A stretch of DNA of 64,000 nt from Andalucia godoyi And28. Taxonomy: Eukaryota > Protista > Jakobida. Positions 20,583-30,009 of the stretch are shown piece after piece. The stretch is taken from the NCBI GenBank assembly GCA_009859145.1, contig VRVR01000046.1, forward strand, positions 184,064 through 248,063, read 5' to 3'. The notes beneath the pieces were generated by a model. It was not told the DNA's origin. It made no database searches and saw only the letters and a program-made list of their open reading frames with translations. Numbering within the stretch: the stretch's first letter is position 1; every line of letters starts with the position of its first letter. Both the position numbers and the translations under genes were made by a program.

Positions 20583-20932
20583 CCATACACTCACACACAC
20601 AGACACAAGTACACGCACTTAAGCAGGACGTAAAAGAAGGGATGGGGAAGGGGAGCGTAAAAAATGCACCAGCTTTCGAAAGACAGAACACAAGAAAACG
20701 AGCATTTTCAGGAAAGTGATTGTCTTTTGCATGTCAGATGACGGGCGATGACTGGGATACAACAGGGCATTGTGCGATCAGACAAAGTCCGATTCCAAAC
20801 CTCTGCTTGGGATTTTTCTCTCTGAAGAACCTTCGCAAACCTAAAACAGAGGGGAGAAAAAAAAGAAGAAAGAAGAAGGAGACATCTTTCCACGGAAACG
20901 ATCTGAACGTGTTGGTTGGTACTCTTGCAAAT

Positions 20933-21780
20933 ATGAGCCAAGGAGAGACAGGTAGCGCGATTGGCCAAGCGGATCTCTCGGGTATTGACGCTGCGTCAAT
21001 GTCTGTATTGCAGCAGCAGCAGCATTTCGCGTCGTTGCCGCAGTCTCCGCGATCCCAATGTTCCTCCCCCATCGCGAACGGGCCCCGCGGAACCAGAGCG
21101 TCGGAGCTTCGCAAATCACTCTCTCAAAGTATGTGTCTGTTTTCTTCTTCTACTCTTTCTCTCCGTACCTCATGTCCTTCTTTTTTTGGTTTGCTGTTTC
21201 TAATTTTCTTGTGGTGGCGGGCTGCTGAGTGATAGACAAGCTGGGAGGATGGAAGGAAATGTGTGTTCATCGACCGTCTCCTTCGTTTTCATCGACTTCG
21301 GAACGATTTACAAGTCGCAGTGGGTCGTCGAATGATCTTTCGACGTTGGCGAATACGTCTCGATCGTCGTCGAAATCCAACTCTCCAACGCACGCGACCG
21401 GCGCATCGATGATGTACCGCACCACCCCGACTGAGCACTGGGCGGCTGCGGGGGGATCGTTGGATGCGAGTGCCAGCATGAACGCAATCTCCGGGCTCGG
21501 GTCGCATTCTCACAAACCGTCCAGAGCATCTGCGCCGTTTGGGGGCATGTCTCCGCGGTTCCCGTCTGTCGTCAGTCCGCTTGAGACTCGTCCGGCAAGC
21601 AGCACGTTCATGGGCCACCAGGATCTGCTCAAGACCACTCCGAACCGCTCGGGAACCACCCTGAGCCGCGGTGGCCGGTTTGAAGAGCCAAAGTCACATG
21701 CTCCTCCACCGGGCGCCTACGATGCCGACGACTGGTTCCTTTCCAAGCCGTCCATTCGTGCAGGCCGCGCAAACCAGTAG
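20933..21780 (+). CDS. Ser/Pro/Gly-rich protein with SHIPPO/STPG-like motifs; join(20933..21128,21236..21780)
   Basis: Two ORFs joined in frame by a GT-AG intron; motifs PSFSSTSERF, APFGGMSPRF, GGRFEE...PPPGAYD. Confidence 0.62.
21129..21235 (+). other. Spliceosomal intron (107 nt, phase 1)
   Basis: GTATGT...CTAAT...GATAG; removal joins the two frames (A+AC = Asn). Confidence 0.75.
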
Positions 21781-21959
21781 CCCTGCGATGAACCGCGTAC
21801 CTCGAACGGCTGTGTGTGCTTGTGTTCGTTTCTCTTATATGTTATGCTTATGTTTATGTTTAAGTTGTGTAATTGTATCATATGATTTCTCTCCATTCCA
21901 TGTCTGTGACTCTCTGTCTGTTTTTTCTTCTTCTTTTAAAAATAATAAAATCGATTGGA

Positions 21960-22415
<456 letters not shown>

Positions 22416-22539
22416 TTATTAATATTATTATTATTGTTGTTGTTGTAATTGTTAGGATTGTTTGTGGTCACAGCAAAATAGGTTTAGTGCTGGAAAGAAC
22501 GGTGAGACTCGGGCGCGCACACACACACACGTACACACA

Positions 22540-22576
<37 letters not shown>

Positions 22577-23055
22577 GCGCACGCACGTAGACAAATGAGG
22601 AAGAAAAAAAGAATAGTAATTATCAAAGGAAAGAAGGAAGAAGACGATCAAAGAGAAATTCGAAAACTGGAACGTCTCTTGACATTCATACTTGAGAAAA
22701 GAAAAGCCTTTCCCGAATTTCGTGCGTTGGGAGGGACTGACACGTCACGACACCACACAAGAAAGCTCAAACACTCGAAACCGAGAAGAGGACTGTCAGG
22801 CAACTGTCAGAGTTGCTCTGACACACGGTTGCATCAGGTGATGCTTGAACCGGAGGGGGAGCACAACCGTACTGCCGTCCTGGCGCTCTTTTTTCCCTTT
22901 AACCCAGTTCCCACGCACTACGTTTCCTTTGGTTTATGCCCTCTATCAACAGTGAAACGTTTTTTGATATTAATATAATATTCTATAATTAACTTATTAT
23001 TATTATTATTATTATTTGGTTTTGGTTTCTTGTTTTGCGGGAGAGGGGGAGAAGA

Positions 23056-23059
<4 letters not shown>

Positions 23060-23147
<88 letters not shown>
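23060..23147 (+). repeat. (GA)n microsatellite, about 44 units
   Basis: Direct reading; ends about 40 nt before ATG 23190. Confidence 0.96.
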
Positions 23148-23152
<5 letters not shown>

Positions 23153-23189
23153 GAAAGGAAAGGAACAGAAAAGAAAAAAGGGAGAGGAA

Positions 23190-24785
23190 ATGTCTTTGGT
23201 AAATGAAGCCTCGGCAACGTTCCGGGCGTTGCTTTCGCAGGCGTACAGTTCTCTTGGAGTGATCTCTTCTGGAAAATATCTTCCTCCGACAGAGGAGTCG
23301 GTTTCTGCGTTTCTTTCGACGAAGCAGGCTGACGAGATCAACACGGCGTCCGACACGCTTCGTACGCTGACGACGCTTTTGTATTCGCAGTATTCTGAAA
23401 TGGTGGAGTTTGATACGCTGTTCAACGAGGCATTTTCGCATCTCAAAGGAGCAATCGAGTCGATCACGACACCGGAAGACGCGGCGATCCAGCAGCTTCA
23501 TGACCAGCGGGTGTATATGCAGCAGATGTCTCTTGCGTCGCTGTCTGCGGGGCCGTCTGTGGTTCAGCCGCCTCCGGCTGCGGCGATCTCTGCTCCGTCG
23601 ACGCGGCGCTCGGTGGGGAGGTCCCTTGTGTCGGATTCCGACTTGCGCAAGGCGATTGACGAGTTCAAGCGTGAGCAGAGGATCAAGAACAGGAAGGCTG
23701 CGGGAAAGGGAGATGACAACGATGGTGCAAGCGGACAAGGAAACGGAGATCATAATGCGGAGGATGATGATGGCTGGGATGAACAGGACGTCAGCCCACC
23801 GTCCTTGCTGTATAATTCACACTCGATTGTCGGCGGAAAGGACTCCAAAACGAGATTGACGGCGTTTGCCAACCGCGTGCTTACCGAGTGGCTCGAGCAG
23901 CATTGTTTGGATCCATATCCAGATGCACAGGAAAAGGACATCTTGTGCGGAGTGACGGGGCTTTCAAAGAGACAGATTGACAATTGGTTCGTTAACAATA
24001 GAAAGAGAAAGTGGCAGCCGCTGTTTGACTTTCTGAAGGATCGGAATCTGGTTGAAACCAATGAGGAGTCGTCAGAAAACTTTCGAAAATTGCTTGTTGG
24101 ACATAATATTTCACAAATTGCAGAATTGTCAAAGAGGAAGTCGTCATCACAGGCTGGTGCGGCAGGCGATCTTCAGCATGATGTTGCAGGTGCCAACGAC
24201 GACGACAATGATGATGTCGACGACGATGTTGATGATGATGATGATGATGATGACGCCAGCGACGATGGCGAGGGCGATCGCAATCACCTCAGTGAGAATA
24301 ATATTCGTAGTATGGAGAGGGGTGAGGATGAAGAAGCTGGAAATGATGTAGAAGAAGTCGTTCTAAATGACGACGAGCCAAATGTTTCGCAACCGAAGGA
24401 CAAGCGCCATGCGCCTTCCGCTTCATCGCGCGGCAAGAGATCTTCAGACAATTTCGGTGCTTTGCAGTCAACAAAGAAGGAGTCATTTGCAGGGGTGGAA
24501 TCCACCCAGCAGGACGATAATGACGACGACAGCGACGATGTGGATGACAGCGGAACAGCGGAAGACGTTGCCCAAAACACAGGGAGCGCTGCAAAGTCCA
24601 AGAAACAAGCCAAGACCGCTATGGAGCACGGCCCATCCACCGCGAAGGGCAAAGCTCCCAGAAGAAGGCCTGCAGATATGGTCGAAAATTCCCATGATGA
24701 CGCTGCACAGTCAAAAGCAAAACGCCATCGATCGTCGAACCTGGACAATTTGGACGCTGTGCAGCCAACCAAGTCCAAAGATTAA
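23190..24785 (+). CDS. TALE-class homeodomain transcription factor A (531 aa)
   Basis: VLTEWLEQHCLDPYPDAQEKDILCGVTGLSKRQIDNWFVNNRKRKW (H-x3-PYP loop extension, WFxN); helical N-terminus; acidic tail. Confidence 0.92.
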   Translation: MSLVNEASATFRALLSQAYSSLGVISSGKYLPPTEESVSAFLSTKQADEINTASDTLRTLTTLLYSQYSEMVEFDTLFNEAFSHLKGAIESITTPEDAAIQQLHDQRVYMQQMSLASLSAGPSVVQPPPAAAISAPSTRRSVGRSLVSDSDLRKAIDEFKREQRIKNRKAAGKGDDNDGASGQGNGDHNAEDDDGWDEQDVSPPSLLYNSHSIVGGKDSKTRLTAFANRVLTEWLEQHCLDPYPDAQEKDILCGVTGLSKRQIDNWFVNNRKRKWQPLFDFLKDRNLVETNEESSENFRKLLVGHNISQIAELSKRKSSSQAGAAGDLQHDVAGANDDDNDDVDDDVDDDDDDDDASDDGEGDRNHLSENNIRSMERGEDEEAGNDVEEVVLNDDEPNVSQPKDKRHAPSASSRGKRSSDNFGALQSTKKESFAGVESTQQDDNDDDSDDVDDSGTAEDVAQNTGSAAKSKKQAKTAMEHGPSTAKGKAPRRRPADMVENSHDDAAQSKAKRHRSSNLDNLDAVQPTKSKD

Positions 24786-25218
24786 CAGCGACTCGATGTA
24801 CACACGCCCTTCCTGCCCTTTTTATTTTTTATTATTTTATTTTTGCGCATTACATGTCCAATCGTTTTTGTGCAGTGAGCTCTTCGTGGTTCCTCAGGGG
24901 CGCGTCTTTTGCGATTGAGAACGTGGTTCATTTTCTCGTTGCTGCTCAAAGATAGTATTTATGTGTTTGTGGACTTCGTACCGTGCTCGCACTCTGATGG
25001 TTTTTCTCTTCTCTGTTATCCTTGTTTTTCAAGTACAGACATTTTTTGTTCATTCTGTTCGCTGGGATTTCTTCTATATACATGCTCATTTTCTTCTTCT
25101 TCAAAGTTTGTACTGCATCTTCATGCCCAATCCACTTCCCCGCAAGAAAAAGAACGGGGAGACGTCACCTATGCGACCATGCCCAAATCAATTCTTCTTG
25201 ACGTTCTTACCAGCATGT

Positions 25219-26370
25219 TCAGTGGGACAGTAGCTTAACAAGAATGCGCAGCGTGTCTTCTCCGTGTGCCTCGACAATTTCCTCGCACGAGTCCTGCAGG
25301 TGCGCCAGTTCGTCCTTCCATTTTCTGTACAAAATATCTCTCATTTGCTGCAGCCGTCCACTCGCAGCATTCTGGCTCTGCATTGTCAGAACCTCGACAC
25401 ATCGGAACGCCACAATCCACTTGTTTCGCAGCGATGCCGAGTCTGTCGAAAAGAGCAGTGTCAAGCTCGCTCCGGTTGTGATCACAAACAAGAACTTTCC
25501 CTCTGATTTGACCAACGAGTCGTCAATGAGGACGGAAAACTCGCCAAGCGGGATTACCTGGATCGGCATCTGATCCTGGTTGGAATGAAACAGATACAGT
25601 GTGTTCTCCACAAGCGCCATAAAGCACGGTTTCCACGGAAAGTCTCTCACCTTGACGTCTCGAATCATTAAATCCGATGCCATTTCCGCAAACGACTCTA
25701 CCGGAATGGATCGCAAGTATACGTACGGATTGTTTGCTCGTGTGTCCCAGGTAGTCGATGCAGCACCGCCACTCCGCACAGACGCAGACGTCGACGGCGA
25801 CAGCAATGGTGACACCAACAACGACGATGAGGATGACGACGACGGGCTGTCAAACAGGACCCTGGAGCGCGGATAGCTCTCAAGACTTAGTCGATGCAAA
25901 GGAACTGCAGAAACGACACTTTGGTTCAATATCGGTGGAATGTGGCCTGCAAGCGAGCGTTGGGAAGCTGGCACGGGTGCAAATACCAACAATCCAGGAT
26001 TCTTCAGCGATGGAGGCCCAGCCACCTCCCTGTCCCTGTCCGTGTCCCTGTCCCTGTCCGTGTTCCTGTCGGCGGTCGTGGCTGTGGTCGAGGGTGGTTC
26101 CAGAACATGGTCGACGTGTGACTGTTGTAGACTGAGGCCTCTGTTCCTGCGAGACGACTTGGCAGTTGGCGACGACGCGGACAAAGACCGGGGGAAGAAG
26201 TAGTGCTCCGGAAGCGACGGCAGGTGCAGCACCGCTGGGCCAAACGGACTGTAGCAAAACGGAAATGGTGAAGACGAAGAATGACTCGACTCGGACGACG
26301 ATGCATGGTGTGCAACTAACGGAGATTGTGGCGCATCAATCGAAACGACCAGCGCATGATTTCTGCTCAT
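25219..26370 (-). CDS. PH-domain protein with low-complexity N-terminus
   Basis: WKPCFMALVENTLYLFHS...IPLGEFSV...FLFVIT...LLFSTDSASLRNKWIVAF (PH C-terminal helix Trp). Confidence 0.82.
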   Translation of the reverse strand: MSRNHALVVSIDAPQSPLVAHHASSSESSHSSSSPFPFCYSPFGPAVLHLPSLPEHYFFPRSLSASSPTAKSSRRNRGLSLQQSHVDHVLEPPSTTATTADRNTDRDRDTDRDREVAGPPSLKNPGLLVFAPVPASQRSLAGHIPPILNQSVVSAVPLHRLSLESYPRSRVLFDSPSSSSSSSLLVSPLLSPSTSASVRSGGAASTTWDTRANNPYVYLRSIPVESFAEMASDLMIRDVKVRDFPWKPCFMALVENTLYLFHSNQDQMPIQVIPLGEFSVLIDDSLVKSEGKFLFVITTGASLTLLFSTDSASLRNKWIVAFRCVEVLTMQSQNAASGRLQQMRDILYRKWKDELAHLQDSCEEIVEAHGEDTLRILVKLLSH

Positions 26371-26495
26371 GGTGTCTGTTGATCCATACCCTTTATTTCA
26401 TTAACCACAGCCAAAAAAAAGAAAACAAAAATGGAAGAAAGGAAAACAAAACCAAAACAACTGAGAAAGAGCAAATAAGAACAGAAAAAACGTAC

Positions 26496-26712
26496 CGTAG
26501 TGCACTACGATCGCCCCTTTCAAGACTCTCCAAGTAAATCTCTCTGCCGGATCTTTTCTGGTTCCATATCCACTTGAGGCGTCTTCGTTAAAAGTCCGGC
26601 ATTCCGGTACTCAAGTAGGGGATGCGTTCCCAAGTTCTCCATTTTGGTGCGCAGACCCACTAACATCCGACTCTAAATAGCATATTGGATGGGTGCTGAT
26701 GCGGATTTTTTT
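26496..26712 (+). ncRNA. Candidate structured ncRNA (pseudoknot, terminal hairpin, T7 run), family unassigned
   Basis: Interleaved stems 26545-57/26590-601 and 26568-78/26610-23; hairpin 26649-26702; TTTTTTT at 26706-12. Confidence 0.35.
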
Positions 26713-26907
26713 AAAAGTCATTTTATTTCAAAGACTCTGGATGAGGCTGTAGCTGCGCGACGAAAAATTCGGAGAGTTTGCGTTGGAGGGTAGTACTTAT
26801 CTTATTATTATTATTATTATTTTGGTTTGATTTCTTCTTCTTCTTCCTTCCCGCATAGGTACAGACAGACATCATTTCTTGTGGGGATCTTGTGGGAGTG
26901 GGAAGTG

Positions 26908-27651
26908 ATGGAGGACCAAATACTGTTTCCGCATGGCTCGATTCCGTCGTCATTGCGCGTGTTTTGTAATTTATCTGGGCTTTTCCCAGACGCCGTGCTG
27001 AAAAAGTCTGTGAGGCTTGCCGCGGAACTGCTTGCGACGACCGCGACTGGGTGTAGTAGTGTTGGTGGAGGTTCAGTGGGCGTGGACGAGGTGCTTACAG
27101 AGGAGATGCAAGCTGCGGCAAACTCGGAGCTCCTTGCGCTGCTTGTGAAGATACCTGAAGGATCGGTCAAGAAGACGCAAAAGGATGATTTGGCGAACTT
27201 GGTTCAGCATGGCGAGCCGTTCACTACGATTGTTACTGCCTGTTTCTTGCTCTTGCAACAGGCGCTGCGACACTCGACAATGTCGGTGGCGTCTGTGATG
27301 GAGCAAATCAAGGTTTTTGGGGTCCCTGGCTCCGTGTACGCGGCGATCGAAGCAGTGCTGTCGAAAAGAGGAGACGAGCTTAGGCAATGCTTGGCAGTTA
27401 GGACGGCTGCAATTGGGCTTCCGCACTTGGCAAACGTCCGCTGGAGAATCGACGTCGTCATCTCAACTTCGACTGTAAACAAGATCATGAGACCCGTCCT
27501 CCAGCTCGAGCTCATCGTGCGGGGCGGGGCGGCAACGACCGTCGAGCTCCCCATGGACAAGCTTGCAGAGCTGAGGTTTGCCGTCGCTACCGCTCTCAAA
27601 GACTTGCAGCAACTCGAAGAACACCCTATTCTCAATATCAAGCCTCACTAG
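26908..27651 (+). CDS. COMMD5: COMM domain-containing protein 5
   Basis: C-terminal COMM domain LPHLANVRWRIDVVISTSTVNKIMRPVLQLEL...ELPMDKLAELRFAVATALKDLQQLE, matching the COMMD5 pattern. Confidence 0.85.
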   Translation: MEDQILFPHGSIPSSLRVFCNLSGLFPDAVLKKSVRLAAELLATTATGCSSVGGGSVGVDEVLTEEMQAAANSELLALLVKIPEGSVKKTQKDDLANLVQHGEPFTTIVTACFLLLQQALRHSTMSVASVMEQIKVFGVPGSVYAAIEAVLSKRGDELRQCLAVRTAAIGLPHLANVRWRIDVVISTSTVNKIMRPVLQLELIVRGGAATTVELPMDKLAELRFAVATALKDLQQLEEHPILNIKPH

Positions 27652-27683
27652 GCCGATACTTCGACTGTGGCTCACGCTTCGGC

Positions 27684-29516
27684 TTAGGGTTTCCTCTTCC
27701 TGCTTCCCTCTTCCCTCAAGTTATAATATTGTAAAGATGAAAACGGTACTGTTCTCGCTTTACGCTCGTTGTGCGTTTCTTTGTTCCTACTCGGAGATGC
27801 ACCTCTGGACATGGAAAGCTGAGAAGCTGATATCAGTGATGACGAGGATGATGACGAGGATGACGAGGGGGCAGAACTGAAGCTGCGCAGACGACACAAA
27901 TCCTGAATATCTGTAATGTTTGCCGCTGGCAGACTCTGGCCAAAACACTGAGACACCTCTGCGCCCGAGAGAACGAGCCCCTTCGTCTGCAGTCTTTCAA
28001 AAAACGGCATCCATCGACGTTTCCGGTTGTTGGTGAACCAGTTGTCCAGCTGCTTCCTGCTCATTCCTGTTTTTTGTAAAAGGTCTTTCTTTTCCTCTTC
28101 TCCAGGATACGGATCAGCAATATGGTCAAAGCTGAACATCCAGTCTTCCAGCAGCCGAGTAACATCGCAGGCCACTTCACTCGGCGACGAGCGTCCACCA
28201 ACGTGAGCAAGTGCTTGATTCCATTGGTCCTTGGACTCGTCATGCGGGTTCGACGGACAGGAATTCGAGATGTCGGCTGACTCGGAACCTGTCCGTTCCT
28301 TTCGCACCGACCGTCTATAGTCATCGATCTCGACACGCAGCACTTCTCTGCTGCACAATATCTTTCCCATCACCGTTCTCTTGAGCGCAAGGCCTTGCGG
28401 ACACATGAACAAGTGGTCTTCAAGAGAGTTCGCCGCTTGCATGGCGGGAAGAGCTCCATTATTCGCACGTGGTTCGTCCTGCGGTTGCAAAACCGGTATG
28501 TGCCCCACCGAGTCTGCCAGCATTCTCAACGCGCTATCCATCAGTTGCTGAAACTCACGGTCCTCCACATGTACGCTGTGTAGAGCACTCATCCAAGCCT
28601 GAGCAGTTTCAAGGAGCTTCGCTTCGAGTCTGCCTTTTCTGTCTGTTTCTGAGCTCGCAGCTTCGAAATAGTCAGCTGCGAATGCAGCAGCGATTTCAAA
28701 CTGGAGCTGAGGGCGAGCAGCCAAGTACGCGCACAGATCTTGTGCAGTGCGCACTGAATGAGAAGGAGCTTCCACCGGCAAGAGAAGAAATACTGAAATG
28801 ACGGCTATTTCCGCGAGCTTCTCATGGAGCAGGTCGCAGATCTGGCGGATAGTGTCTTCGATCAGACGGGACGAGGACACCTCAGGTTCCGGGTTGCCGG
28901 TGTGCATTGTGAGGGATGCGTCGTCACTAGCGTCGTGAAGTTGCCCCTGCAGACTTTCAAACAGGTCACAGCAGTCGAGTGAATCTGCGGACTGCGTGGG
29001 AGCCGGCAGCCGATGTGCAGAGTAAGTGATACATTCGGGTGCCCACGAACGGACACCGAGATGTGAGTGGGAGTGTGGATGCGGGTGCGGTTCTGTGGTA
29101 GTCGAACGGGAGGAGCCTGCTCGAGGATCGCAGCAGTCAACCGGGGACATGTGCCGCTGACATCGCGCCGGAGTGATCAGGTACTCGGAAACAGGATCGA
29201 GAGACGATGGACTCATGGACGTTCGGAAAGGGCGAGGGGGCGTGAAAAGCAGGGATGGCGCGGGATACTCGGAAGACGTGCTATGGAAAGGATCCGAGCA
29301 GACTGGAGGAACAAAGAGAACTGCTGAGCCGTCAAGTAGCTCCATGTCGGCTCGAGAGTGCAGTACCCCCGTTGATTCCTGGTTCGGGAGATGGGCTGTT
29401 TTGAAGTTCGATGGGGGAGAACTGGCAGCCGACGTGTCACCACCGCCTGACGCACCCATCTTGCGCAGGCTTGTTGACTGACCTGCGGCACTGGCCGTCG
29501 ATTTTGTCTTTCGCAT
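27684..29516 (-). CDS. TALE-class homeodomain transcription factor B (start uncertain; in-frame ATGs up to 29645)
   Basis: LLEDWMFSFDHIADPYPGEEEKKDLLQKTGMSRKQLDNWFTNNRKRRWMP. Confidence 0.9.
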   Translation of the reverse strand: MRKTKSTASAAGQSTSLRKMGASGGGDTSAASSPPSNFKTAHLPNQESTGVLHSRADMELLDGSAVLFVPPVCSDPFHSTSSEYPAPSLLFTPPRPFRTSMSPSSLDPVSEYLITPARCQRHMSPVDCCDPRAGSSRSTTTEPHPHPHSHSHLGVRSWAPECITYSAHRLPAPTQSADSLDCCDLFESLQGQLHDASDDASLTMHTGNPEPEVSSSRLIEDTIRQICDLLHEKLAEIAVISVFLLLPVEAPSHSVRTAQDLCAYLAARPQLQFEIAAAFAADYFEAASSETDRKGRLEAKLLETAQAWMSALHSVHVEDREFQQLMDSALRMLADSVGHIPVLQPQDEPRANNGALPAMQAANSLEDHLFMCPQGLALKRTVMGKILCSREVLRVEIDDYRRSVRKERTGSESADISNSCPSNPHDESKDQWNQALAHVGGRSSPSEVACDVTRLLEDWMFSFDHIADPYPGEEEKKDLLQKTGMSRKQLDNWFTNNRKRRWMPFFERLQTKGLVLSGAEVSQCFGQSLPAANITDIQDLCRLRSFSSAPSSSSSSSSSSLISASQLSMSRGASPSRNKETHNERKARTVPFSSLQYYNLREEGSRKRKP

Positions 29517-30009
29517 CCTCACAACGGACCTTTTTACACTGCTGATCCAAGAGAGAAGAAAACGAAGGTTGTTTTTTTGGGGCATTCTTGTGCAACTTGC
29601 GGTGATTGGTCGGTCGGTCTCCGTCATTCTCCATCGTTGAGCCATCACCCATCACTTTTCATGCACCCCAGAGCCATCACAGATGTTATTTCTTGGGGGG
29701 AGAGGTTCGCGTTACTTTTGGTCTCTACAATAGAAGCTTTCGAGTATTCTGAAAGATAATGCACGGGATTACAATGTGAAGGGTGTTTTTTTCGTTTCAT
29801 CCATTATGTAGAAGAACATGAACAGATGATCGGATGTGCGGGCTTTGCAAGCATTGGGAAAAGAGGGGTGGTGGGTGCATCCTGCATGAGTGCTTGTATT
29901 ACAAAAACGCTTTGCTGCGGTTGCGAGAGGAACCGGCGGAACGGACGAACTCGCCCGCAATGCAGGGAAAGCTGTCGCTTTGCGGTCCTCCTGGAGTCCT
30001 TTTTGGAGA

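Noticed and set aside
26522-26560. U3-like AAGAC and GGATCTTTTCT (box A-like)
   Set aside because: Spacing is about twice that of U3, and boxes C', B and C are not found.
26590-26675. AAAGTCCGG and CCGACT as RNase P P4 strands
   Set aside because: Only ~65 nt apart with no room for the S-domain, and AAAGTCCGG pairs better with 26545-57.
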